A stretch of 64,000 bases of DNA, taken from the IMG/VR virus record IMGVR_UViG_3300031760_000022, positions 24,323-88,322 of that record; one strand, 5' to 3'. The position numbers were made by a program, and so were the translations under genes. Under the pieces are notes generated by a model. The model ran no database searches and had not been told where the DNA came from. It worked only from the letters and a program-made list of their open reading frames with translations. Below, piece by piece: positions 1-10,337 of this stretch. Each line of letters starts with the position of its first letter. Positions within the stretch are counted from its first letter, which is position 1. This stretch comes from a virus (Duplodnaviria > Caudoviricetes).

Positions 1-645
1 AAAAAAACAATTGCTGAAACCAATCCTAAATCCCCTTTTGCTGTTTACTATAGAATTATGAGAGAAAAGTTTGGTAATTATGAAGGGGTTTGGCAAAGTG
101 ATTGTTGGGTTGGTGATTTTTTAAAAGTTGTCGCTAAAAATGCTGAAGGGACAATTATCCCTTCTGTAGATAAAATACAATCTTTAGTAAAAGATTGGGG
201 AAAGTTTTTAAAAGAAAACGGCGAATATGATTATGAAGCATATGATTATTTATCAAAAAGATATGAAGAATATGTAGAAAATACACAAGGTTTAACAAAT
301 GCTATGTCAATGCAATATAGAAACTTGTGCAAAGCTGAATGGTTGAAAATAAAGGCTGACGAATCGGGCGATATAACTGAAGTAAGCAAAGCACAAAAAC
401 TGTTAGATAGTTTGTATTCACAATTAAAATTAGATGATTTTGCTGTTGAAAAAAGTGATACAGATAGATTTATTGATAGATTGATTTGGAGAATAGAAGA
501 AACTGAACCCGCAGAAATTGAAGATGAAAATAAATATGTTGATGTGGCTGGGCATGAAAGAAATTACAATTCTATTATGCGTTCTTTGAAAAATATTGTG
601 GCAAATAGTAGGGATTATCCTGAAGTGCCTACAGAGGAATTATAA
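1..645 (+). CDS. Hypothetical protein upstream of terminase (5'-truncated by window; possible small terminase or associated protein)
   Basis: Frame is open from base 1; stop overlaps the terL ATG (TAATG). Function inferred from position only. Confidence 0.6.
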   Translation, partial: KKTIAETNPKSPFAVYYRIMREKFGNYEGVWQSDCWVGDFLKVVAKNAEGTIIPSVDKIQSLVKDWGKFLKENGEYDYEAYDYLSKRYEEYVENTQGLTNAMSMQYRNLCKAEWLKIKADESGDITEVSKAQKLLDSLYSQLKLDDFAVEKSDTDRFIDRLIWRIEETEPAEIEDENKYVDVAGHERNYNSIMRSLKNIVANSRDYPEVPTEEL

Positions 646-1387
646 TGCCAGCACAATATAATATAAGAAATGGATTAAGGCAACAATATCTTAAAAAAAG
701 TTTAACTACTACTGCTGTTAGTGATAATACTGGTTTATTGCCTTATCAAAAAGAAAATGTAAAAAAGTGGGTAAGTTTTTACAGAAGAAACTTTGATATT
801 TTTGCAGAAGAAGTTTTAGGAATAAAACTTTATGATATTCAAAAAATGAAAGTCCATATGATGGGGATAAGTGATACTTATTTTGATATTTCTACTCGTG
901 GTTCTGCAAAATCATTTTTAGTTGGTGTTGGAGCAATTTGTAAATTTTGCTTATATCCTTATTCTGAAATTGTTATAACTTCTTCTACTATTTCACAGGC
1001 TTCTAAACTAGTGGAAAAAAAGATAAGGGACGAAATAATAAAAAAGTTAAGCCCCTATTTATTATATCTTTATAGCCATGAATATATTTTGATTTATAAA
1101 AGTAATACTGAAAGTGGTGGTTATACCATTGAAAATAAATTAAATGGTTCCACTATTATAGTATTACCTTGTTTGGAATCTAGTCGTGGCGCAAGGGCAA
1201 CTATGGTAGTTTTTGAAGAAGCCAGATTATTAAAAAAGACTATAGTGGATTCTGTGTTTTTGCCAATGCTACATACAAGGCCAGCTAAATTTTTATTAGA
1301 TAAAAAGTATCAAACAAAAAGATGGTTAAACAAAGAAAAGGGACAAAGCATTTATATTACTAGTGCGAGATTCCGTTATGAGTGGTT
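645..1387 (+). CDS. terL: Terminase large subunit, exon 1 (ATPase domain)
   Basis: Walker A-like TRGSAKS and Walker B VVFEEAR; interrupted after YEW by a group I intron. Confidence 0.9.
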
Positions 1388-2598
1388 GAATTTTTAGACC
1401 ACTATAAACCCGTTGAACTGCTGGAAACCCCTTAGAGCTATATAAACTACAACATAAGGATGAAATATACCTAAGTGTGAATGTTTGAAAATTATATGGA
1501 TTGGGCAATCAGCAACGAAGTTCCAAATAGGAAAACGCTCAACGACTATCCTGAAAAGGAGTACACTACAAGCGTTTGGTAGTGGAAGTGGCGGGTGTTT
1601 TTATATATCAATTACTTTAAAATAAAAAGTGGTGAAACTAATATTTAATCAAAATCAAAAAGTTAAAGTAAAATGGAATAGTTATACAAGAAAATATTTT
1701 GAAGAACTTGGATATACATTTTCTAAGTTAGGTGAAGAATTTGAAGTTTTTGCGTATGAATTGCAACCGTATTCTAATGTAAAAATAGAAGTGGTGTGCG
1801 ATTATTGTGGAAATATTTATTATCCAACCTATCATAATTTTTATAAGAAAAAAGATAAAAAACATTGTTGTAGAAATTGTGTTTCTAAAGTATCAAAAGA
1901 AACTTGTTTAAAAAAATATGGTAAAGAACATTATTCGCAAACCATCGAAAGCAAAGAGCATAAAAAACAAACTTTTATAAAACATTATGGTGTAGAAAAT
2001 CCTTCTCAGTCAAAAGAAATTCAAAATAAGAAAAAAGAAACAAATAAAAATAAATTTGGTAAAGAATGGTTCGTTGAATCGGATGAATTTAAAAAACAAA
2101 ATTTAATTCGTTATGGTGTAGAAAATCCGATGCAAAATCACGAGGTAAGAGAAAAGGCGGCTAAATCCATTACGGCGAATAATAATTATCCAACTTCAAA
2201 AGAAGAAAATAAATTTATTGGAATTTTGAAAGATATTTTCGGAGAAGAAAAATGTTTAATAGGTCAATATTGCAGAAGATATGTTTTAGATTGTCTATTA
2301 ATTGTTGAAGATATTAAGATAGATATTGAATACGATGGTTGGTATTGGCATAATTTGAAGCAAGATTCTGATAAAGTTAGAGATGAATATATGCTGTCGA
2401 AAGGGTATAAAGTTTTGCGATTTGTTTCTAAAGGAACTATGCCACAAAAAGAATTGATTATTGATTGTGTAAAACAACTGTGTGAAACCAATCAAAAATT
2501 TTTACAAATTCAAATTGATATATAAAAACAAAGATATAGTCTATTCTTATATGAAAATATAAGTTTTATAAGCATGAAGTTGCGATTCATGTTAAATG
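1388..2598 (+). mobile_element. Group I intron in terL (phage IA2-like) with endonuclease ORF in P8
   Basis: P1 agtggtt/gaccact with U.G at the splice site; core GAACTGCTGGAAACCC, AATCAGCAACGAAG, CTCAACGACTATC, AAGATATAGTC; 14-bp P8 (1597-1610/2516-2529); terminal G2598; splicing restores the frame (YEW-LKSFKEFKNTV). Confidence 0.92.
1629..2525 (+). CDS. Intron-encoded homing endonuclease, Vsr/DUF559-like (PD-(D/E)xK)
   Basis: CDYCG/CRNC zinc ribbon, repeated YGVENP motifs, C-terminal LDCLL..IDIEYDGWYWH..RD..KGYKVLRF. Confidence 0.8.
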   Translation: MVKLIFNQNQKVKVKWNSYTRKYFEELGYTFSKLGEEFEVFAYELQPYSNVKIEVVCDYCGNIYYPTYHNFYKKKDKKHCCRNCVSKVSKETCLKKYGKEHYSQTIESKEHKKQTFIKHYGVENPSQSKEIQNKKKETNKNKFGKEWFVESDEFKKQNLIRYGVENPMQNHEVREKAAKSITANNNYPTSKEENKFIGILKDIFGEEKCLIGQYCRRYVLDCLLIVEDIKIDIEYDGWYWHNLKQDSDKVRDEYMLSKGYKVLRFVSKGTMPQKELIIDCVKQLCETNQKFLQIQIDI

Positions 2599-3739
2599 AA
2601 AAAGTTTTAAAGAATTTAAAAATACTGTCGCTGGATATTATACTTCCAAGCATGAAAAATATATTCCTTTTGCAGAAGATATTTTTGCGGCAATTGAAGA
2701 AGGAAGTAGGACTTGGGCAGATTATAGAAAAAGCAAAAAACAAATGTCTGTTTTAGACTTTAATGCTGAAATTCTAAATCAAATGATTGGTGAATCAGAA
2801 TCTTCATTCTTTAGTTATAAAGAATTTAATGAAAATAGAACTATGAAACAAGCATTTGTCCCTCCTAAACCATTAGACATATTTTTAGATAATGATTTGG
2901 GAAATCCTAAACCCGAAGATACTGAAATTAGATTAATTGGTATTGACTATGCTTTTGCGAATACTACTGGTGGGACAAAGAATGACGCAACACAGATAAT
3001 GTGTATGTCGCTTCATTGGAAGAATCGCCACTTTGAAAGGCACATTGATTATATTGAAGGTCACGAAGCGAGTGATAGTATTGGTGCTAATAATAGATGC
3101 AGAGAATTGGCATGGGATTATTCTATGGGTGCTGAATTTTATGTAATTGCTGATACAAGAAGCGGTGGAGAAACGCTTTTTAATAGAATGACAATGCCTT
3201 GGAAGAATCCAAATAGAGAAGGATTTTGGGATGAAAGAGGTTTCGGTGTTGCTACAAATCCTAGGCTTCATGTTGTTACTGAAGCAAAGTTGGAAGATTT
3301 AAGAAATAGAACAATTGATGCTGATGCAGTTTCTTGTATAGTTCCTATTATTGGTTCTTCTGAATTAAATAGTTCTTGTTGGGTATCTTTAAAGAAAAAT
3401 TTAGAATTAAATAATATAAAGTTTTTAATTTCCCCAGAAGATAAACAAACAGAACTAGAAGATAATGGGAAATATTATAAAATTACTAGTGAAGAACTTG
3501 CAGATATTTTATATCCACATTATATGACAGAAAATTTAATTCAAGAAGCGGTTGGATTAACTTCTGAAATTAGGGATAATAGAATTAGGTTACATGAAGT
3601 TGGCACAAACACCAAAGACTTAATTGTTCTATTGTCTTATTTAAGTTATATTGCAGATAAATTAGAAAATGAATATAATAAATATTTTTATGAAGAAGAA
3701 CATACAGATGATAATGAACTGTTACAATTAGTTTTTTAA
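2599..3739 (+). CDS. terL: Terminase large subunit, exon 2 (nuclease domain); spliced product about 627 aa
   Basis: In frame with ORF 2744..3739; RNase H-type LIGIDYA and IADTRSGG motifs. Confidence 0.9.
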
Positions 3740-3755
3740 GAAAGGAGGGGCATTT

Positions 3756-5333
3756 TTGGCAGAAGAATTAACAAGAAGCCAAGTAGAAGAAATTGTTGAA
3801 TTTGTAAATGGTCTTAGGAATGCTTCTAATTATAATTATGTGTTGAACGAAAGACAAGGGTTTTATAGTCCTTTTCTTCAAAATCAACAATTAAATCAAT
3901 TAAATAATAATCCTTTAGTTCCTTCTTCTATGGAGAAGATAGAAACTGCGCTTGCACAATATAAAGACCAAGGAATTGTATTACAGGGCTTTACTGAATT
4001 TATGCAAAAATGGGATATGATTTTTACTAGGGTTTTAAGGTCTTATAGTGATATATTATCTTTTGATTTACAGATAGTTCCTAAAGGTGAATATACAAAA
4101 CAAGAATTAAATTCTAATGAATTTTTAGAAGATAAGAAAAGAATTTATAGATTTCTTGACGCTTTTGATTATAAGAATGAATTTCATAAAATGTGTGTTG
4201 AAGTAATGCGTCACGAAATAGTTTATACTTGGTTAAGAAAAACAAAGTGGAATAATCAAGGTATGAAGGGTACACTTCAAATTATGCCTCAAAAATATTG
4301 TATGCTGACAGGGTATTGGGAAAAAGGATTACTCTTTGATTTTGATATGAGTTATTTCTTAAATCCCGGCGTAGATATTGATGGTTTTGACCCAATATTT
4401 AAGAAATATTATAATGAAATGTTTACTAATGGGGAATATGCAAATTATATTCCAACTGCGCCCTTTACAGACAGAACAGGAACCTATGCCCTGTGGCATC
4501 AAACTTCCCCAGAAGATGGGGCGTTTTGTTTTAAATTTGATACAAGTAATTTCAATAACACTCCTTTCTTAGCTCCATTTATAAAAAACTGTTTTACAAA
4601 TGATGAAATTGCCAATTTACAAAAAGACAAAGATATGATTTCTGCGTATGCAATTTTAGCTGGTGAAATTAGACTGTTCGACAATGCAAAGTCTGGTACG
4701 GTTAAAGACCAATTTGCTATTGCTCCTAATACATTGGGCAAGTTTATGGGTTTGGTCAAAAATGGGTTAGACAAACATATTAAAGCGGTTGCCATGCCTA
4801 CAGAAAACACAGACTTTTATCAATATAATGACAGTAATAAAGATATGTATAATACACATTTGAGTGCTGTTGCGGGTGTTGGTTCTGGATTATCCAGAAT
4901 AATTTTTAGTTCTGATAGAATGTCTAATGCTGAAATTCAATATGCTGTAGAAACTCAATATAATTTGATGAAACCAATGTATGCCCAATTTGAAAATTTC
5001 TTAGATTATTTTGGTAATAAATTAACGAGGAAATATAAGTTTAGTTTTATTCTTGATGGGTGTGCTTATGAATTTGAAAAAGAAAAAAGAGTAGATAGGT
5101 TAATCAAATTAGCTGATAAAGGTATGATTCTTGACCCTAGCGCTTATGCTTTCATAGCAAATATGCGTCCACAAGAATTTGAAAGGTCTTTGGCTTCGGC
5201 TCAAGCCAGTAAATGGTATTTGAAATTAGGTTTATTCCCAAATACAAATACTGCTTCTAATGGGTCTGATGGTAGACCAACTTTACCTTCTGATGAATTG
5301 TCCGATTCTGCTGAAGAAAGTAGAAATCAATAA
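3756..5333 (+). CDS. Portal protein
   Basis: 525 aa immediately after terL; TTG start with AAGGAGGG RBS. Confidence 0.75.
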   Translation: MAEELTRSQVEEIVEFVNGLRNASNYNYVLNERQGFYSPFLQNQQLNQLNNNPLVPSSMEKIETALAQYKDQGIVLQGFTEFMQKWDMIFTRVLRSYSDILSFDLQIVPKGEYTKQELNSNEFLEDKKRIYRFLDAFDYKNEFHKMCVEVMRHEIVYTWLRKTKWNNQGMKGTLQIMPQKYCMLTGYWEKGLLFDFDMSYFLNPGVDIDGFDPIFKKYYNEMFTNGEYANYIPTAPFTDRTGTYALWHQTSPEDGAFCFKFDTSNFNNTPFLAPFIKNCFTNDEIANLQKDKDMISAYAILAGEIRLFDNAKSGTVKDQFAIAPNTLGKFMGLVKNGLDKHIKAVAMPTENTDFYQYNDSNKDMYNTHLSAVAGVGSGLSRIIFSSDRMSNAEIQYAVETQYNLMKPMYAQFENFLDYFGNKLTRKYKFSFILDGCAYEFEKEKRVDRLIKLADKGMILDPSAYAFIANMRPQEFERSLASAQASKWYLKLGLFPNTNTASNGSDGRPTLPSDELSDSAEESRNQ

Positions 5334-5343
5334 GGGGATAAAT

Positions 5344-5523
5344 ATGGTTATTCGTGGAACTCCAAAAAATATAGAAGATTATTATATAGCAGATAGTGAA
5401 ATTGCATTTAAGTTGCAACAAGCAGGTATTAGGTCTGCTTATATTGATGAAGATGCTGTTTATTTTAAAAAGAATAAAAAGCTAATTCAAGTTTTACAAA
5501 AATTCGGCATTGCTGAATTTTAA
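5344..5523 (+). CDS. Small hypothetical protein (59 aa)
   Basis: RBS AAGGGG before ATG 5344; fills the portal-protease gap. Confidence 0.6.
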   Translation: MVIRGTPKNIEDYYIADSEIAFKLQQAGIRSAYIDEDAVYFKKNKKLIQVLQKFGIAEF

Positions 5524-5543
5524 TATAATAAAAAAGAGGTGAA

Positions 5544-7286
5544 GTGTGGGTGAGTGAAAATGTGAAGTTTGCGGTTAGTGATATAAGGATTAAAGAAATA
5601 GAAACTTATGACGAAGAAGAATTTGCTGTTGCGAGGATAGGTTTTTTAAGTTCTCGTCCGAATGCACATGGACTTCAAATTTCTAACGAAGTTTTATTAG
5701 CCAACGCTTCTACCGTTCTTGGAAAATTTTTGGTTGCAAAAATATCCCCTATTACTAATGATGCTGAATCCCATGACCCCAAGGAAGTAATATATGGTTA
5801 TTTTCCAAAGGAACAAGAAATTGTTTTTGTCGAAGAAGAAGGGTATCTTAGGGCTTATGCAGATGCAGTAGTTTCAAAAATTTATGGCAAAAAGTTTTAT
5901 AATATTTTTGAAGATGATGATACTAGGGATGTTTCTGTAGAAATGACAGTTTTAACAGAAAACGGCAATGACACAAATGATGTTGTTGAATCTTTTAATA
6001 TTGTTGGTGTGACTGTTCTTGGTCGTTCTGTACGCCCATCGTGTCCAGAATCCACTATAGAAATGATTAGATTTAGTGAAAAAGCAACCATATATTTTGA
6101 AACAATAAAAAAAGAAGAACGGAGAAGTAATATGGCTGAAGAAAATTATGTAAACCATCCTATAGACGAATCTAAAGAAGCCGTTTATGAAGGAGAATGG
6201 GATGGGGAACAAGCTAAACAAGATTTAATCAAAGAAGAAAAATATGAAACGCTTGCCCCCAAAGTTTGTCTGCGCCTTGAAGAAGGGTGGAAAGATAGAC
6301 AGGTTACAAAATTAGGTTATCCTGTCATGTGCTTAAATGACGGTAAGTGGGTTTATTCCCATAAGGGATTAGCTTCGGCTCTTGGTTATGCAAAGCAACA
6401 TGACGATAACGATATAGTCAGCAAGGTTGAGGCAATTTATAAGAAACTTGGCCTTGACTCTGATGGAAAGGAGGAAAGTGCCAAAATGAGTGAAATTGAA
6501 TTTGCCGCTGTTGATATTGGTGCTCTTTGGGATAAACTGTGGGAAGCCTTAAGGGATAGATACCCCTATGAAGATTATGGTTCTTGGTATTGGATTGATT
6601 CTATTTGGGAAGAAGATAATAAAAAGTTTGCTATTATTCGTAAGCGTGATACGGATGAACTTTATCGGTTGGATTTTAGTTATACTGAAGAAGGTTTAAC
6701 TTTAGCTGAAGAAATTGTTGAAGTAAAAGTTGAAATTGTTGAAACAGATGTAATTAAGCGTTTTGCTGAACCAGAAGATATTTCTAAGTATCAAGAAACA
6801 AAATGTGAAGAAGTTTGTGCTAAGTGTGGGAAACCTATGGCAGAATGTGAATGTGAAGATTCAGAAGATGAAAAATCAGACGATGTTGAAGAAAATGGCG
6901 AAGTTAATGCTTATGACCTTTCTGCACAAATTTCTAAGCTGGAAGCTGATATTGCTGAACGTGATAATATTATAATGGAAAAAGATAAAGAACTTGAAGA
7001 ATTACGGCAATATCGTGACGCAAAAATGGAAGAAGAAAAGGCTAAAGTTGTTGGGTCTGTTCTTAATTCTTTAGAAGATTTCATGGATAAGGCTGAAATG
7101 GAATCTTGCCGTACTGAAGGTATGGCTTGCAAATTTAGTGAATTAGATGCTTGGTCTAATAAGGTTAAGGCTTCGGTTGTTGATAAAGCCTTGAAGAAAG
7201 GTAAGAAGTCTACTGAATTTAGTAGGATTGCTGGGCCTGTTGACCTTGATAATAAAAAATCCAAAAATGTTTGGGATAGAATTTAA
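5544..7286 (+). CDS. Prohead protease / scaffold protein
   Basis: N-terminal NAHG..VLGKFLVAK..DVSVEM..GVTVLG protease-like region; acidic coiled-coil C-terminus; position before capsid genes. Confidence 0.75.
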   Translation: MWVSENVKFAVSDIRIKEIETYDEEEFAVARIGFLSSRPNAHGLQISNEVLLANASTVLGKFLVAKISPITNDAESHDPKEVIYGYFPKEQEIVFVEEEGYLRAYADAVVSKIYGKKFYNIFEDDDTRDVSVEMTVLTENGNDTNDVVESFNIVGVTVLGRSVRPSCPESTIEMIRFSEKATIYFETIKKEERRSNMAEENYVNHPIDESKEAVYEGEWDGEQAKQDLIKEEKYETLAPKVCLRLEEGWKDRQVTKLGYPVMCLNDGKWVYSHKGLASALGYAKQHDDNDIVSKVEAIYKKLGLDSDGKEESAKMSEIEFAAVDIGALWDKLWEALRDRYPYEDYGSWYWIDSIWEEDNKKFAIIRKRDTDELYRLDFSYTEEGLTLAEEIVEVKVEIVETDVIKRFAEPEDISKYQETKCEEVCAKCGKPMAECECEDSEDEKSDDVEENGEVNAYDLSAQISKLEADIAERDNIIMEKDKELEELRQYRDAKMEEEKAKVVGSVLNSLEDFMDKAEMESCRTEGMACKFSELDAWSNKVKASVVDKALKKGKKSTEFSRIAGPVDLDNKKSKNVWDRI

Positions 7287-7307
7287 TAAAAAAGGAGATA
7301 AAAAATT

Positions 7308-7823
7308 ATGGCTTTTAATGGTTATGTGAATACTGGTCGTTGCATGGCTATGGATGTCGATGCACTTACTGCTACTGGTATCAATACTTCTACTGATATT
7401 CAGAATGGTTATTTTGTGACCCTTGGTGATTATCAGAATACTTCTGGCGCTATTAATGAATTTGTTTATAGTGTAACTCTTGCCGCCGCTTCTACTCTTG
7501 GCAACTGGCTTGTTCGTACCCCTGAAGTGGGTATCACAATTGCCGAACAGATGGAAGATGACCCCCGTTATTTTATCAATCATGCTGGACAGCCTATGCA
7601 GTTGATTCGTCCTATGCCCGGTGTTGATGAAATTGAAGTTACTGCTGAAACCCTGAGTGCTGTTGCCGCCAAGGGTGATTATTACACTCTGGTTGCTGGT
7701 AAACTTACTAAGGCTCAAGCCGCTACTACTTCTGCCACTTGCTTTGTGTGCCTTGGTACTCATACTATTAACTTTGGTGGTGCCGATGTGACCACTTATA
7801 TTTTCCGTTGCGTTGCTAACTAA
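7308..7823 (+). CDS. Putative capsid decoration/cement protein
   Basis: Between scaffold and capsid; strong RBS and highly-expressed codon bias. Confidence 0.6.
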   Translation: MAFNGYVNTGRCMAMDVDALTATGINTSTDIQNGYFVTLGDYQNTSGAINEFVYSVTLAAASTLGNWLVRTPEVGITIAEQMEDDPRYFINHAGQPMQLIRPMPGVDEIEVTAETLSAVAAKGDYYTLVAGKLTKAQAATTSATCFVCLGTHTINFGGADVTTYIFRCVAN

Positions 7824-7872
7824 TGCTATTTTCTGATGTTTTACAAAACTATAGATAAAGGAGATTAAAAAT

Positions 7873-8922
7873 ATGCTTTCTAATGAAATTATCGCTTTTG
7901 CCAATGGTCATACTGACCTTTATGAAGCCGCAGAGCGTTATTACCGTTTTGAAAATGAGCGTACTGGCGAGAATGCCGATAAGTTGACTAACGCTTATTT
8001 TGCTGAAATTGAACGCAAGTCTGGTGTTGTTCGTGAAGGTATGGATGTTATGGCTTGGGCCAATCATCCTTCCGTCAAGTGGGCGAGTTTCGCTGTACTG
8101 GACGCGGTAATTAACACCATTATTCCTGTTGTTACCCTTCCTCAGTTTGGTAATTTTGCTGATTTCCGTACTGTTGGTTATGGTGATATTGTTAAGTTTA
8201 AGGTTATGCCTCGTGGTCTTTACACCGTAAGTCGTGGAGCGCATGGACAGCGCACAGCTTTCCGTCAGAAGAAATACGCTTCTGATGTGACTGTTGCTCC
8301 TGTTGAACATATGGTTACTATCTATGTTGACTGGTATCGTGTTATGGCTGGCAAGGAATCCCTGCCTGAGTTCCTTAATCTTGTTCTTAATTCTGTTGAA
8401 AATGCCATGTATAGTGATGCCCTTGATGCTCTTGTGACTGGTATTGCTTCTGCTACTACTGGCGATAGCATTCTGCAAGCTAGTGGTGCTTTCGATATGA
8501 CTAAGTTGCTTCAGATGTGTGAAAAGGTTGAAGCTCTGAATGGCGGTGCTCGTCCTATCATTGCTGGTTCTGCTTCTGCCCTGACCAATGTTGTTCCCGA
8601 TGCTTCTGCTGGTTATCGTCTGAATACCGATGCCGCCAATGGCGTGATTGAAGTTCTGCGTTCTGCTTATGGCTATGATATTGTTAAGCTGAACAACGCT
8701 ATTAATCCTGCTACTGGCGCTCTGAAACTTCCCAGCAATGCGCTGTTTGTTGTTTCTCCTTCTCAGGATAAACTTTTGAAGGGTGTTATGTCTACCGCGA
8801 TTTCCAACTCTAACGATTACTTTGATAATGCTGACCTTACTCAGAATTTCACCTATCGCAAGGATTGGAACTTTGCTTATGCTTCTGCCGCTTACGCTGG
8901 CTATTACTACAGCATTACCTAA
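7873..8922 (+). CDS. Major capsid protein (HK97 fold)
   Basis: 349 aa, position, strong codon bias, followed by a terminator-like hairpin. Confidence 0.8.
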   Translation: MLSNEIIAFANGHTDLYEAAERYYRFENERTGENADKLTNAYFAEIERKSGVVREGMDVMAWANHPSVKWASFAVLDAVINTIIPVVTLPQFGNFADFRTVGYGDIVKFKVMPRGLYTVSRGAHGQRTAFRQKKYASDVTVAPVEHMVTIYVDWYRVMAGKESLPEFLNLVLNSVENAMYSDALDALVTGIASATTGDSILQASGAFDMTKLLQMCEKVEALNGGARPIIAGSASALTNVVPDASAGYRLNTDAANGVIEVLRSAYGYDIVKLNNAINPATGALKLPSNALFVVSPSQDKLLKGVMSTAISNSNDYFDNADLTQNFTYRKDWNFAYASAAYAGYYYSIT

Positions 8923-8940
8923 GTTTAAAAATTAGTTATT

Positions 8941-8974
8941 TATGGGGGAAGGGCAAAACACCTTTCCCCCATAT
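8941..8974 (+). terminator. Hairpin after capsid gene
   Basis: GGGGGAAGG...CCTTTCCCCC stem. Confidence 0.6.
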
Positions 8975-9004
8975 ATGAAATTAAAATGAAAGAAAGGGAA
9001 AAAT

Positions 9005-9610
9005 ATGGCTACAACTAAAACTACAAAAAATACTTCTACAAAAGAAAATGCTGAAACTATTTCTAAAACCAATCAATCCCCTTCTATTGAAGAATTGATG
9101 GCTCAAATTGCTGAACTTAAAAATCAAATTTCTAAAAGTAATACAGTCGTTGAAACTAAAGAAGAAAGTGTTTCCGAAGAAAAAATGATTCGTTTTATTT
9201 CGCTTGCTAGGGGTTCTGTGCTTTTGAAAGGTACTGCTAATCGTCCTTATGAAATTGAAGGGCGTTTTGCTGAAAGAATGTTTAGTGAAAGCGAAGCTAG
9301 AGCTATCGTTAATTTGATGGGCAATTATATGCGGGAAGGATTTGTTTATATTGATGATGCTAAATTTGTTAAGTCTGTTGGATTAGCTGACGCTTATAAA
9401 AATATTCTTACCCCCGAAGTTCTCAAGAATCTTTTTAATCAGAATCCCAATACAGTAATAAGTGCTTATGAAAATGCTACAGATGGTCAAAAACAGTTAA
9501 TCATTGATATGGTTTATGAAAAGAAAAACAACGGAGAAGTTATAGATGCTAATATTTTAATGCAACTTGGCAAAATGTCAGGAATTGATTTATTAGACAC
9601 AGAAGAGTAA
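9005..9610 (+). CDS. Hypothetical head-module protein
   Basis: 201-aa ORF with RBS in the structural operon. Confidence 0.7.
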   Translation: MATTKTTKNTSTKENAETISKTNQSPSIEELMAQIAELKNQISKSNTVVETKEESVSEEKMIRFISLARGSVLLKGTANRPYEIEGRFAERMFSESEARAIVNLMGNYMREGFVYIDDAKFVKSVGLADAYKNILTPEVLKNLFNQNPNTVISAYENATDGQKQLIIDMVYEKKNNGEVIDANILMQLGKMSGIDLLDTEE

Positions 9611-9621
9611 GAGGTGATTCT

Positions 9622-10059
9622 ATGGCAACAAGTTTTGATGTTGTTGAAGATTTAGGTCTTACTGTTATTGCAGATTATAAAATAGAAAAATTATTTACCC
9701 AACAGGGGGAAGAACAATTTAAAGCCTATTGTGATATTTTTCTTATGAATGCAATTAATAATTTTATTGATTGTAAACAAGATTTGACCTATGATTTATC
9801 TACCCGTACTTTTGATGAAGATTTAACTTCTTTAGAAATTAGTATTTTAGCTGATTATTGGGGAATTGCTTGGATGACGAGAAATGTCCAAGACGCTACA
9901 CAGATTAGTCTAAAGTTGAGTACAAGTGGGGGATTTGAAACCCATAGTGAAGCCCAAAACCTTAAAGAAAAAAGTTCTTGGTTAGATAGGCTCCGTGAAC
10001 GGGTGGAACAAAAAATTACACAATATCAATTATTGGATTTTTCTGGATATGAAGTTTGA
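9622..10059 (+). CDS. Putative head-tail adaptor
   Basis: 145 aa helical ORF with GAGGTG RBS; position. Confidence 0.5.
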   Translation: MATSFDVVEDLGLTVIADYKIEKLFTQQGEEQFKAYCDIFLMNAINNFIDCKQDLTYDLSTRTFDEDLTSLEISILADYWGIAWMTRNVQDATQISLKLSTSGGFETHSEAQNLKEKSSWLDRLRERVEQKITQYQLLDFSGYEV

Positions 10060-10337
10060 GGTTGATTATGGACAAGTCTGAAGTTGTATCTCAAATTTTT
10101 AAAATATTATTGTTGTATGAAGATGTTTATAATGAAAATAATAATATTACAGAAAAAGATTATATTGGATATTTAGATAGATTGTATGTGTATTGGTTAG
10201 GCGTTGGTTCTTCTGAAATTTATAATATTATTAAGGGGCTTAGAATTTTAGGCATTGAAGCTGACCATAAGATTGTTAAATCTATGGTTTTTCATACTAT
10301 AAATTTAATTGAAAAGGGGGATAAGGATGCCGTTTGA
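10056..10337 (+). CDS. Hypothetical protein
   Basis: Overlaps both neighbours; start possibly ATG 10068. Confidence 0.6.
   Translation: MRLIMDKSEVVSQIFKILLLYEDVYNENNNITEKDYIGYLDRLYVYWLGVGSSEIYNIIKGLRILGIEADHKIVKSMVFHTINLIEKGDKDAV

Noticed and set aside
2574-2756. 60-aa ORF between the endonuclease and terL exon 2
   Set aside because: Spans the intron 3' end in the wrong frame; the real exon is in the frame of 2744..3739.
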